A stretch of 41,570 nt of DNA from Phoronis australis. Lineage: Eukaryota; Animalia; Phoronida. Position 1 is the first letter of the stretch. The number at the start of each line of letters is the position of its first letter. Below, in pieces: positions 26,663-39,580 of the stretch. The stretch is taken from contig NMRA01000891.1 in NCBI GenBank assembly GCA_002633005.1, forward strand, positions 1-41,570, in the 5' to 3' direction. The notes below the pieces were generated by a model, which was given only the letters and a program-made list of their open reading frames with translations, made no database searches and was not told where the DNA came from. Position numbers and translations under genes: made by a program.

Positions 26663-28530
26663 TCACCTGTTCTGTTTTGTCGAATCCACGTTTCGGCATA
26701 AGGTTGTTGGTCGAACATGGAAAGCACGGGACCATTGACCTTGCAAAAAAAAAGCTGGCGGGTGGTTTCTAATAGCAAACAAGAGCGAGAGCCTGTTACT
26801 ATCCGATTCATTTCGCTGAATCCTAGCTCGTTCACATCCAGCTGTACTGCAAGAAAGAGGGTTAATACAGAGTTCCAGTTGTCGCAGAGCACTTGGTAGG
26901 TTGTACACTCTAATCCTTTCCTCCGTTTCTGTGGACTCGCGCATTCCCCTGATTGCTGATGTGGTAACCATCCCAAACCGTTAGCAAATACGCCTGACTT
27001 CGTGCTTGCCATGTCTTATCCCGGATCCTAACGGCCAAGTTTTGGATTCCAAGATGCCCAGACAAGAGCAAAATGACTGCTCATCATTGTCAAGTAAACG
27101 CAGTTCCAGGTTCACAACCACACTTTGAATTAACTGACCAGAGTGCATGTTCACGATAGTTCCTATAACGGTTTCGTTCAGTTCCAGTGACCCAAACCTC
27201 GTCTTTTTAATGCATGTCAGTGCACTGGCTCATGCCTGTCCGGGATTCTCAACCATAGGCTTGAGGACGCGATCTGTCCCACGAATAAGCATGTCTGTTT
27301 GCGGTATTGTTGTGGTTCTGCATTGTAGATCCACAGAAAGGCTGGACAATTCTTCTAGCACATCGTGCATCAGCGCAAGATTCGAATACAGGTGGAACTT
27401 TCCAAGTATCGCAGTAATCCTAAACAAATACTCCGATCACTTGAATGACGGTTTCTGTCTTCACTGGCTAACTCTACAGCAATGCCATGTCAAAAGTCTA
27501 GGGAAGCGTTCGCGTAATCTAGTTGCAACTCCAGAATGTTTTCCTGTCAAGACACTGTCGCAAATGCAACGAGATGCTCTTGTAAATTTTCCCTCGTAAA
27601 ACAACAGTGTTGTAGACGCTTCAATGGATTCGGAAGTTTGTTGTTCAAGCTGGGCAAGGTCAAGCATTATAAAAAGTGGATCGCTACCACCAATAGATGC
27701 TCTTATGTAAATGATCAGTTCGCTTAATTTGCTTACCGTTGTCGCTTCATGGACTAACACAGCTATCTTGCTATTTTCTGCCATGAGAGTACTGACGATT
27801 TTTTCGCGCATTTGCTCTGTTATGTGCTTGATTATGGACGCTGCACTCAAACGAGAATGGAACGTAACACCCAGATTCAAACCATTCAGTTTTTGAAGGT
27901 TTATGAGATGCTCTTAATCGGTGAACCGACGATTTATTTGAATAAGTGAATACGCTGTTCTGAAGACGTTTTGCGTTGTGTTCTGCTCATGAGCTGCAAC
28001 TTTAACCAATGTATTTTCAATTGCTCCTTCACTTTTCGTTTCGTCAATACTTTGAGCAATGTTGTGGGCTTTAGATATCATATGACGAATGATTATACTC
28101 TTGAACGACTTAAGTTTAGCTAGTCGGGAATCACCAGCTGCTTCTATCAGAAACTGCGTCCACTCCAAATATATTGATACGCCAGTTTCTTTTATCAAAC
28201 ATATGTCTACTACAGTATAGTAAGAAACGCAAGCAAACTTTCCATCCTTGTGTCCCAACCAGGGATGATTTTTCTTGAATTCCATCCTTGATCGTAATTC
28301 CACACCCCTGCCCACTGTGACGAGTCATTATCTGGACCACCTGCTGATAATTCCGTTTCAGACGTGGAGGGATCCGTTTCAGGAAGACTAGTTTCAACAA
28401 ATGAGTCACTTTCAGCAGGAGGATTTGGTCTTGTGCTTTCTGATCTCGGCATCTTCTTAAAATATTTTAGTACCGATTGGCAACCAGCTGATTGTCGTTT
28501 CATAGCGGCACAAAATTTAAAAGCACTCAA
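26663..28530 (-). pseudogene. hAT transposase pseudogene (ZNF862-like), copy B, including the C-terminal dimerisation region
   Basis: Same motifs as copy A plus LSCSTAGCER / GFSEMNRIVT (STAxCERGFS); frameshifted; TIRs not identified. Confidence 0.92.
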
Positions 28531-29629
28531 TTAAACTTATAATTCGGCAGCAATGGCTCGTTTCGTTTGGACGAGTCCATTGCAATGACCAGCTGCAGGA
28601 ACCGGGTGCACTTCAAAGAGCAAAGTAAGACTGGTGCTACTTTTGATGTTTGCTAATACCTCATCGAAGCATGCCTGGTGGACACGCGCGCCAAAATGCT
28701 CGGCAACAATGCTGTCGTCAGCGTAGCAGCTAATCGTTTCAATACTACGCCTCACTTAACCGTCATGTAAGACTCGTTTAGGCGCTACCTTAAAATTTAG
28801 AAAGGTGGTTGGCTACTCCTCGTGCGCGTACGTAACTTACGGTGGGTAGGCGCTACATTAAAAAACAAAAAGATGTTTGGCTGCGCCTCCGTGCGCCTTC
28901 CTTCTACTACAATACCGTCAGTTCGAGTACCTATATTAAGATTTCAAAACTGTATTTTGAATCCTCGCATACATTTGTTACTAGGCAGAAATTGGCCAGT
29001 TGTACAATTTTGGTGAGGTACCCTACTTCTATAGCTCGATGCGGTATAAATATGGGTAAGTGCCTATACGTTTTATGGATTTATTTTGTAGAGCTAAGAT
29101 CAATCTAAACAATGGTTGTAGTTTTGTTGTTTTAAATTTGGCTTCAGCTGAGATATTGTGGCAGGAAATAGCGCAATTTTCAACATTTCAAAATCACCAC
29201 AAACTAGCTAAACATGTAGCCCTCGAAAACAACTAAGATGTAACTGAATCTGTGATATTTTCTATGGCTAGCAAGTTGAAAGACACCTCAATTCAGTGAT
29301 AAAATTGTAGTGTTTCATTTCGCACTCTCATTCTCAAGGTAAGTTCGCAAAAAGTGCCAAAATGTAGCTGTAGCAAGGCTTGGAATTGGCAGAAAAATAA
29401 CACGTTCCCACAGCAACCACAATGAAGCGTATGCAAAAATTAATGTGGATATGAAGGTTGGGATATCAACCCCTACCATCATGCAAACAATCGAGGATAT
29501 CCGTTACATAGCCTTTATCAGTTTTTGCCTGTTCCATTCGTGGGTGTGCTCCTAAGTAAGAGAGAAAAAAATCTTGAAAATGACACCAGTTAGAAATTAG
29601 TCAAATAATATTTAACCATAGTATCTTAA

Positions 29630-31225
29630 TTTGTGGAAAAATGCTAAAGTATCCCCTTTACACAAAGGCGGTGCTACTGAGAATGTAAACAATTACCGGT
29701 CTTGTCTAAATTGTTGGAAAAGCATGTTCACAATATCTTTTATTTATTTTTGACTGAGCATGATTTAGTAGTTGCATCTCAGTCCGGTTTCAGAAGTGAC
29801 TACTCCTGTGAAACTGCCCTTACTAATATTGTTAACTGCTGGGCTCAGGGTGTAGATAGTGGCCACAACGTTGGTGTAGTATTTTTGGATTTTAAAAAAA
29901 GCTTTTGATCTCGTTGATCACAATATACTTCTAAGCAAATTGTTAATTTACAAGGTGGGCAAGGTCTCCCTAGACTGGTTTAAATCATATCTCTCAGAGA
30001 GGTGCCAGGTTGTATCCCTTGGTGGACATCTGTCTGAGTCTCGAGGAATCACACACGGTGTTCCCCATGGATCCATCCTGGGACCTCTGCTGTTTTTACT
30101 TTTTTTAAATGATCTCTCTTTAATATGCGAAAACATGGTTGACATGTATGCAGATGATACTACTTTCTCTGTTGTGTCAAACTCGAAGATCGCTGTAATT
30201 GACAGACTCCAGTCTGATCTGGATAAGGTTGCTACCTGGTGTACTGGTAATAAAATGGTAATTAATGCTGAAAAAACAAAATGTACGGGTATTGCCACAG
30301 GGCAACGGCAGAGTAGAAGTAATCTTGAGCTTAACTTTGCTATTTCCAATGTACGACTCAAATATTTTGAGAGTGAAAAGTTATTAGGTGTTACTGTAGA
30401 CAAGACCCTAAGCTGGACTAGCCATATAAATGGGAGTGTGTCCAAAATTAGGCAGCGCCTTGGTCTTTTCCGAAGTATATCACCATTTCTTCCCACAGAA
30501 GGGCGTCTTCAATATTTAAGCGCTTGTGTATTCCCTCTGTTCGTTTATTGTAGTACAGTGGTCAGGATCCAATGCAAAATTAGTTTCCTCTTTTTTGAAG
30601 GCTCAGAAGCAGGCTGCCAGACTTGTTCTAGGTGTGCCTATTGACACTCCGTCAACTCATATGTTTAATAGACTGGGGTAGCTCCCTGTTGACAAATATT
30701 TTATATATAAGCGCCTGTGTATGATTCATAGGTGCTTTCACCGTAATGTACCGACTTATCTATCTCATAATATCGTACTTGTTTGAAATAGCCATCAGAT
30801 CAGGACAAGATTTTCTGCCACAAACAATATGGTTTTGCCCAGACTCAGAACATCGTTTTATTCTAAGTCCTTCTTTATTCAGACCATCAAACAGTGGAAC
30901 AATTTGCCTAATGCTCTTAAGGATGCTGATTGTTAAGATAATTTCAGACACCACCTCATCAGTTACCTGTGGTCGTCATAGAAGTTCCCCCTTTTTGTCT
31001 TTCCAATATATTTGCCAAAAATGTATTTATTTATTTATCTTTAATTCAATTTGTTAATCCAATTTGTAAATATATATTTTATTGTATCTTATTGTATCTT
31101 GATTTAATCTGTCTATCTTACTTAGTTTAATTAATTTAATTTCTTGCTGCAGAGGACCATGCTGGAAATTAGGCTTTGGCTAAATCATGTTTTACGTTTA
31201 ATGTATTTTTATCCTCTTTAAGTAA

Positions 31226-31270
<45 letters not shown>

Positions 31271-31285
31271 CATTATTATTATTAT
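29630..31285 (+). mobile_element. 5'-truncated CR1/L2-group LINE with RT domain, 3'UTR and (ATT)n tail
   Basis: WKNAKVSPLHK, QSGFR, VFLDFKK/AFDLVDH (frameshift), GVPHGSILGPLLF, YADDT; (ATT)n at ~31227-31285. Confidence 0.95.
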
Positions 31286-31789
31286 CGTGGGTGTTTTGCT
31301 TAGACTCCAATACTCGGATTCAACAACATCGGATTTTAGGTCAATTTTAACGAGTAGGCGGTCAACCTAAGTGTAGAGACAATTCATATGGTGGCCTCAC
31401 ACACATGCAAAGTTGGCTCCTTCAAAGTCTGGTGTTAAGTGAGTGATCGAATTACCATTTAAGTATTTGTAACAATGTCTTCTTTCGTCTATGAAAATTC
31501 TTCTCCTTCTCACACGGCGATATATTTTGGTGATCAGTTTGACAAAGCAATGTCTGGAATTACCGGACAACTGTTGGCGGTTCCACTTGTATCTGGTGGT
31601 AGTTCCATGGTCAGAGACCCAAGCAGAACTTTCAACCTGATTGTTTATGGATTAACTAAGTGTACTAGCGATGACAAAGTTAGCATTGATACAATCACTA
31701 GAACAGCATGAATATTGGTTAAGACCCTAGTAGTGTTCCCAATAAGAGAACATATAGGCTGTGGTTTGGTATCCTGGAAAAGAAAGTTT

Positions 31790-31821
31790 TGTATTGTATT
31801 GTATTGTATTGTATTGTATTG
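31790..31821. repeat. (TGTAT)n microsatellite
   Basis: About 6 units. Confidence 0.95.
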
Positions 31822-32309
31822 TGAATAAATAAATTGTGAGCGTGCAGTATTTCCGGTGCTCCTTAGTCGCTGCCAGATCTATTAGCATTAGTTTCTTTCG
31901 TGACTCTTCCAGAGGAAGGACTTCTACCAACATACCAAACAAGGCAGGAATGTCGAAAAATTTTTGAGACATGCAAAAAAAGTAAGCTCACATCAGTCTA
32001 TTTCTCTGGCTGCGTTAAACTACATTTGTTTGGTGACGAGGGCGAAAATGATTATGGGTATTCACACGGGGCCTTTCGTTAGAGTTGACTTGTGAACATG
32101 CAGTCGAGATACATAGAGTGATGAACTCGAATCAGTCAACAGTCTGTCATCGCATCAAAATCTATTAGCACCGATCATTGACAACTTGCCGCTCCCATCC
32201 ACGCGGAAGATTTTTAACATTTAAATACTTTTGAATTTTTGTATTTAGTAAAACACTCGCTTGTGCATTAGACGTTGTGGTTACAAATTTTAAATAAAAA
32301 ATGGAGTAA

Positions 32310-32469
32310 CAGTGGCGGATTTAGAAGGATGCCAAGGGAGCCATGCCCCCGCCTCCTAAAATTCTCCAAGATTCCATTGGCACTTCGGGGGTTCAAATGT
32401 TTGGCTGGATTAAAAAACTTGTTAGTACTCTGGCCCGGCCCCCCTAACTCAAAGTCCTGTATAAGCCCC
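32310..32469 (-). mobile_element. hAT-like MITE, family A, reverse orientation
   Basis: CAGTGGCGGATTTAG...CCTGTATAAGCCCC; interior is reverse-complementary to 38366-38514; flanks AGTAA/AGTAT if the terminal TG was lost. Confidence 0.7.
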
Positions 32470-33001
32470 AGTATGTCTTTTGGCGTGAATAGGTGAATTC
32501 GGTGTTTAAATCACAATTATATCTTAAGAAACTAGCATCGCGCTATTATATAGAGTAGAATTGATTGAATTTGTGAAATTATAGCATGATATCTTACAAA
32601 ATAAATTGGTTTAAAGCTAAATTCGAAAATACATATATTTCCAAGAGAATCTCTCATCTTGTTTGCTTGGGGTGGATGCATCATTCTGCTGCATCTGTGG
32701 CAGATTGTTACCCACCTTAACAGATCCACGTAATATATAACTTTTGTAATAATCCATATCTATAGAAGTTTAGTTTTTCAAAATGTTTATAAGATTTTAT
32801 ACAAACATATCACCCTCGAATGGCCCTTACAACCGCGTAAAAGGTGTGAAATCAGGCGGACGCCGTCCGCAGCCGTCGAAAGAAGGAAGTGCTAACCTTG
32901 TGACAACTAGTGATGAAGGGACTTGTAACATGAAAGACTGTATTGATATTATTACCTTCAGATGCATGACGCTGAGAACTGCTCAGACTTAGCTCAGTTA
33001 A

Positions 33002-35096
33002 AGTCCTTCTCTCACGCTTTGTTAACCCTTATTACATGGTTAGAAGATGTTAGAAGGATCCAAGAAGTACGTACCCCATAACTAATACACGATCCGTACT
33101 CGAAAAAAGTTTAAATGAACGCGCCACTCACGATTCGCACCCGAAGAACCACCGCCATTTTGAACTTGCGGCGAACCCGGAAGTACAATTCATTTAGGAA
33201 CCAAGGCCGAGAAAACGCCGTCAGTGCGACTGGAGCAGTGCCTGTACTGTTACCAGCCAGCAAACGGGAATAAAATAATCGAAAGCGCGCCTTAATTTTG
33301 ATGAAATCAAACTAAGGGCAATTTTATGGAATTTGCTGAAGAAATGATGCGAATACATTTTGACAGAAATTATTTTGCCAGACTGGGGACCGCAGCCTAT
33401 CGGACCCGGAGCGGATCGAGACCAGACACTGGCGAACGGTAAATGCATGCGGTTGCAAGCTGTTTTGCCGAAAACAAATGGTCAAATCATGAATGCTGCA
33501 TATATTCAAGGGCAGTTTCAGACACTTGCATGAAATTACGGGCTGGTTAGTCCTGTGTCAAACTGCCGCGGCAGACCTTAGTTAGCCTCAGTCACCAGCT
33601 ACCAGTGAAGACTATCGTCAAAATACAGCTTGTTAGTGTACCTATACAGCTTTGCGCCAAGGCTACCCTTAAGCCTTACTGGTCGCTGGCCACAGCGCTT
33701 GCTCAAACGAGGTTTATTTAGATCTTGGGTACTTCTGGCGAACTGTGCAAAGTTGTTGATTTTCCCAGACTTTGTATGAGCGCAACAAGCCTAAAAGAAT
33801 GGGGGGCTTGAATTTTTTGGCATGTCTATCTTTTACTAATTTTAAGTATGACAAGTCCAATACAACATGTTATCAATTTTTATTCATTAACCCAACATAA
33901 TAAGTAACTTAAAATGCACAATACTTTACAACATTTAGCTTTACAAACACTATTTAACAGGAACAGTTTCCATGATATGAAATCGGACATACATGTAACT
34001 ATTACCATGGTGACGGAATAGTGTTTCCTTACACCAGAATTTGACAAGCATCATTTAAAAAAATATGAAGTTGCAAGGAACAATAATTAGAGGCTTGAAG
34101 GTTCACAGTCCAACATAGTTTATTTCTCAAACTAAGATTATTCATATTGTTGACTTCATAACCTGAATTAATTCGAATATATGTTATATGTTTGAACAAA
34201 AATACACAGAAAGTGAACAAAGATTCTTTTTTGTAGAACGTTTGTCAAAATGTATCAACGTTAAATCTTCACAAATTACAAAATAACCGATTGAACATGC
34301 CTTACAGTTCATCAAAAGTCGCAATGTTGTCGGTGCCGCCAGAAATGAGACGAAGTCCAACGGGAATTGTGAGCACGTTTATCACTAAATTTCACCGTAA
34401 TTTGTTGGCGAAAACAATTTACACAAAGTTTTAAACTCGTAATTTTTCCCGCTGTCCTCCAATATGGCCGACGCGCTCCAAACAAAGTGACCCAAATTTC
34501 GCCACAAAACATGCAATAACTTTACAGTGCTTGCCCCGATTTTGATACTTTTTCGATTTTTTACTGAGTAGAATGTACTACCTTTCCGATGATAACAAAG
34601 TACTTTTTCAAAACGAGGTAAAAAATATAACCGAAAAAAATTGATTCGACCAATATTGGTTCCTAGGTTCGACCGGCCAACGTAAGGAACTAAACACCAA
34701 TGCTATTTTAACATACTAAGTACGCGTAACATTCCAAAAAATCAACGACAACTAACCACAAACTATAAATACACTACATATGCAAACGAATCAAAATATA
34801 TTACTAATAAAACAAAATAATGAAGAATTTTCGAGCAAGCCATAACACATTCAGTTACAAGGAAAAAACGGCGGCGTTCAGGACAACTTCCTGAACTGCT
34901 GAACCCGAAATGTGCGTACGGAAATAACCAATGACAACCCGTAATCATACGCTCAGAGAGAAGTGTCAAAAACTGTTAAAAATCGCATATGGCAAGAAAG
35001 GCGAAAAGAATATGAAGAAAGGGTATCGAAAATAAGAATTTATGTAGTAAGTATTTTCGGATACTGGAACCACATGGGCAGTTTGAGAGAAGGACT
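33002..35096 (+). mobile_element. Complete 2.1-kb non-autonomous Kolobok-type transposon
   Basis: TTAA (32998-33001), perfect 13-bp TIR AGTCCTTCTCTCA / TGAGAGAAGGACT, TTAA (35097-35100). AG...CT ends with a TTAA TSD fit Kolobok rather than piggyBac (CC...GG). No recognisable ORF. Confidence 0.88.
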
Positions 35097-35319
35097 TTAA
35101 AGAGGAAATTGCAAGGTCCAAACCTTTCTGAATCTGAATTCTAGTTTATAATTATCATTGCTATATTCTTAACATTAACTGAATTGTACGCCGCTATTCA
35201 AAGTTATTTACATATTTAGTGCCGTGGTGTTGTAAGGCCATCGTTGTAACGGAGAATAGAAACGGCGCCATTTTCGTTCGTTACACATCTGTGACGTGGT
35301 GTTGGGGAACACAAAGCAA

Positions 35320-37263
35320 GCAATGTGCGTCCAAGTGAGTACAGCAGCGTAGATGAGGAATACTTTGAACGATACAGGGACGGATAGGCGGACTTTTCAG
35401 ATGATTCCAAAATTTCGGACGTGGAGGTAGAGGTGACAGATTCCAGAGGAACAATATGAGTTCACAGCTTTTCTGTAGTGGAGCCGTTCTCCCTCGATCC
35501 CTTTCACAGCCCTTTCTCTGGTCGCCGAAAACTCACTCCCAGCGGGTTCGTCCTGTGAACGCCAACAGGCTGAAGGCGCGCAGGAGTTGCGATTAGATGT
35601 TAGTGATTGGTAAGAATATTATCAATATGTATTCTACAACCGCGAATTATAACTTGGTCTTTTTTAATTCAAAAGTAGGTGCTTTACCAATCAGTCCCAG
35701 GCGCCCATATCCCCATTGGTGAATCGTGTTTCAGCCGTGGATAAATACCAGTTTCAGTGATAAAACTGGGATTTTTTGCATTTTAGCAAGTCACTCAAAA
35801 AGTGTTAGGTCTCTGATTATTTGTAGACGGTGTGGCTCTGTGGTTTGAGCTCGTGAGACTCAGGTTTGAATCATGGGTTTCACTGACATGCAATTGAGCA
35901 TTGAACAAAATTGTCTCTTACTTCTCCGAGACTGAGCGGGGTGTTTCTAGTGAGTGAATAAATGTATGCAAGGGAATGAATGAGAACCACTTTGGATTAA
36001 TCGACAGTGAATTGTAAAGAACATGATGAAATAATTGCAATTTTATAATTTAGACTTTCTCACCTTGGTGCTGGGGGAGGGCATAATTCTATTGGTTATA
36101 GAACAAGTCATTTCATTTTCGTACTCAAGTCAACTCGGACCTATATCAATCTACACACGTGTTCCAAAACAGTTGTATTTTGTAAGGCGATGCTTGAAAT
36201 GGAAACAACCATTTCATGTCGATGTACATTGACTCAAATTTTTGCCATTATTTATAAATGGATTATGGTACATGGCTTGGTTACGAGTCGACTTGGGTAG
36301 GAACCGCCTGGTAAAGTTTCTATAGAGTAAAGAGAGCATACCATTGGATTAGTGATTGCCATTTAGCATATCAAGAAGTTTTAATGTATACTGTAATATT
36401 TAAAATATGGGCGACCCCTTGAGTGGCAAGTTATTTTGCCCCATTGTCATTGTCTAGTTTGATTAATGGTATGTGGGTGCCGATAGGACTCAGATTGGGA
36501 GAACAGGTCTCACGACTACATACAAAACAGTCCCCTCCATGAATGAATCAGGGCAACTACCTTTTGTCTTTGGGTCAGCTAAAAATCAAACAACGTATGT
36601 CCATTACTATATCCCCCGGGCATGATCTACCACTGCCTTGGGTGTAGCACCATTCATTTGTATGAAAAGTAAATATGTTTACTATATATGATCAATTTGT
36701 ACAAAAAATAAATAGGTTGTGATGTTCTAACCAATTTTACTGAAAACTGAAGTCGTATGCAGACCCCTCAATTTGGTAGAGGCACTCTTGGTAAATTTTT
36801 CAATTCGAAATTTTGATGTTTACTGAAATAATGTATCATTGTTGACACATCTTGCAGGTGCACCTGGAGCAACTGTCAGACAACCACAGTTGTTAAAGAA
36901 AGAGTATGTTGCCAAGAGGTTGACAAGGTTGTTGTAAAAATTGATGACGAAATGAAGCGTGACAACTAACACAGAAAAAAATGTATTGTGGAGCATGGGG
37001 GTTTAAACCTGTATACATCAATCGTGGTGTTTTGGAGACTTCATGGTTGCAGTCAGTACAAAAGCCAATATCCTGATGGCTATGACAGACCCTTGGATAA
37101 AAGGATTTGACACGTGGCCTGCAGACAGTTTCAAAGATGGGTACACGGTCACTTAGGACGAACAGTCCGTGTTGTCATTCCAGCATGCACAGTAGCCTGC
37201 ATCAGAGCTTTCTACCCTCCGCCAGGAAATGATCAAGACTTTGAGTTCCAAGGATTTTCTTAA
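35320..37263 (+). pseudogene. KolX / P2X7 C-terminal ballast-like Cys-rich protein, two exons (~35320-35609, 36858-37263)
   Basis: Splice TG|GTAAG..TTGCAG|G rebuilds DVSDWCTWSNC..ERVCCQE..CIVEHGG..QYKSQY..I*HVACRQFQRWVHGHLGRTVRVVIPACTVACIRAFYPPPG..FQGFS*; in-frame stops and frameshifts; start of exon 1 uncertain. Confidence 0.88.
35823..35960 (+). mobile_element. Possible tRNA-derived SINE head inside the KolX intron
   Basis: A-box-like TGGCTCTGTGG and B-box-like GGTTTGAATC with short spacing; degenerate. Confidence 0.35.
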
Positions 37264-38365
37264 AAGTTTCACCCATTTATAGATATCAACAGTTGTCTTA
37301 GCCCTGGAATGCCAACTCCTCCACATGACCTATGTATTCTGTTATAAAAACTTGTGACTCGGGAACTAGCTTTAAGTAATTCAAACGAATTGCAAAAAGT
37401 TGTAGAGACAAATTACATAGAAAGATCAAACATCGTAACAAACGAATGCAATCGCAGTGCAACCTCAGCGGCATGAAATTGAAGTAGGAATTCCATGAAT
37501 AGACTTCTGTGGTTTCAGAATGGTAAATAATTAACACAGCGAGCAGCATTTATTGATGCTCATCAGTCTAGTTACTTATAGTAACATGGTCATGACAAGT
37601 GTAATTTAACTAGTACTACATTATAAACCTCTAAGCTCAACATCAGTTGAACTTGTGGCTTACCTAGGTAAACAGAGGAATTGGTCTCATTGGTGTCCAG
37701 TTTGTGTGCTTGAAGCGAACACATTGAACAGTATGGCTGTTACATAAAAAATTAAAAGTTTTGAATCTGGGCCATAGTCTGAAGTCGAGACTGAATCTTC
37801 TGCCCTCTTCTTATACAGTAGAGCTCTCTAAATTGGTAGCGCTTCTGTGGGAACTTTCGAAAGGTTAGCATTAATTCCGCAGTAACGCCTCCAAATAAAT
37901 CTAACTTTGATGAAATATCTCAGTCTCACTGGATACATCTTAGCGAGTTCTACTGTAATTCAATGAGAAATCAAATAACATAACACAGCAACCACTGAAT
38001 CTCAACCCAAAAGCTCCAGTATGCAATAGCTTTAGATGTGTATGACATGGTGTGAAAACACAAAAAGTATGCACATGAGTAGGAATTGGGAAATCTGGAG
38101 GGAGTGCTTATACCACTCACTCAAAAATTCCCAAGACAATGTTCGAATTCTGTGCAAGTGATTATTCTGTGTACAATTTAGATGAGATTGTCGCACGAAA
38201 AGACTGACGACCCAAACAAGTACCTTTTCACCCCAAATTAAGAAAGTCTTCCTTTACCGACCCACTGTATGGGACAGCAACAGTTTAGTGCAAATCAAAT
38301 AATACTTAAAAAAGCTATGCCGCGATATTTATGGTCATTGTATTGAAGAACTATTGAAATGTTTC

Positions 38366-38514
38366 CAGGTGCGGATCCAGGATTTTGAGTTAGGGGGGGC
38401 CAGGGCACGGTATTAGGCAGGATTTTCCCGTCAGACATTCGCACCCCCAAACAGTCAAATGGAATCTGGGAGAATTTTAGGGGGGGCATGGCCCCCCCTC
38501 TAAATCTGCCACTA
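38366..38514 (+). mobile_element. hAT-like MITE, family A, nested in the Kolobok
   Basis: CAGGTGCGGATCCAG...CTAAATCTGCCACTA; flanks GTTTC/GTTCC (4/5 match). Confidence 0.8.
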
Positions 38515-39334
38515 GTTCCAATATAAGAACATAGTATATCACTGGGTTTATCTATACAAACGGGACAGCCAAATACCACACACAAAAGCTTTTCACAATT
38601 TCCACTACTGTTACTATAAACACTCTGGCATTGCTATCTGTACCACTATCAAAAATTATCTAAAACATTGGTAGTGACTGTTAAATATGAGACGGAAAGA
38701 AATTTCAGTGCTGTCCTTTGGCAAAGCGCCAAGTCTGAATTTATCTTTGCCACGGCATCCTCCTCGGACACATGTGGAGCACCAGTAGTCGGCATAGGAG
38801 GGGCATCAATTTCTAAGCGAATTTCAAGATCTCCAGCTTCTCTTTTGTTCCGCACTAAGTGGAAGGTATTCTCCTTTCATTTAAATACTCTGAAAAGCAC
38901 AACAGCGGCAATTCAAAAGTAAAAAAAAACATTTTGAATCCAGAGTTGTCCATGATTAAAGTAAAACACGATGATATTTAATTGCAAGTTTTCGCCTTCT
39001 TTTATAACCTTCAAGCAAATGCCAAAACTATATTTTAACCCTGTTTTTTTTTGAAACAGACTACTTTAATAATCAAAACCTTGGAATTGAGTTACCATCC
39101 TGTTTTATTTTATTCATAGTCTGCATTCTTTTTAAAGCACATGCATCGTTTGAGATCAGCTTTATTTTTGTGGCTTTTAGTTTTACTGATCCATTTATAA
39201 CTAAATCTTTCACGGAAAAACAACAGATTTTAAACACTTGAGAACTACAGTGATTGTGAAAAAAGATTGTTATTGTTCAGGCTCTGTGAAAGCGTCATGA
39301 ATTATTAGACATCAAAATTCTCAAGGTAACTTAC

Positions 39335-39580
39335 CTTTTTATAAGACCAGCTTCAACGTTCATGATGTGTTTGTCGTAAAAGCAACCGTCCTCAAAATGG
39401 TCGGAGCATATTTCAGCTTCGACAGATGGCTGACTCGACAGTCACTTTCAAAAGACGACCAGAGCACAAGAAAACCTGCCATTACACAGCCAGCTGCTTG
39501 TCTTTTTAGAATTTAAATGGGCTCATGCCTTCCACCTGGGTGGTGTTAAAATAGTTAGCACACACACACCGATGCACCAT
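39335..39580 (-). pseudogene. THAP zinc-finger first exon of the Kolobok transposase (inactivated)
   Basis: MVHRCVCANYFNT..FKF*KD..*WQVF..[frameshift]..ICSDHFEDGCF, then donor AG|GTAAG; THAP C2CH layout with the second Cys replaced by Tyr. Confidence 0.85.

Noticed and set aside
31176-31370. Poly-Ile membrane peptide ORF
   Set aside because: Translation of the LINE (ATT)n tail.
31475-31711. Possible LINE ORF1 fragment (RTFNLIVYGL)
   Set aside because: One short motif only.
1-35096. Giant composite element or LTR pair bounded by the two direct copies at 1-948 and ~34200-35096
   Set aside because: The second copy has its own TIRs and TTAA on both sides, and the copies differ by many substitutions and an ~80-bp indel; independent insertions are the simpler explanation.
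36858-37263. Host P2X7 purinoceptor gene
   Set aside because: Only the ballast-like domain is present, with no channel exons; it is disrupted and enclosed by TIRs.
37700-38900. Further Kolobok transposase exons on the minus strand
   Set aside because: Position is plausible, but no catalytic motif was recognisable by eye.
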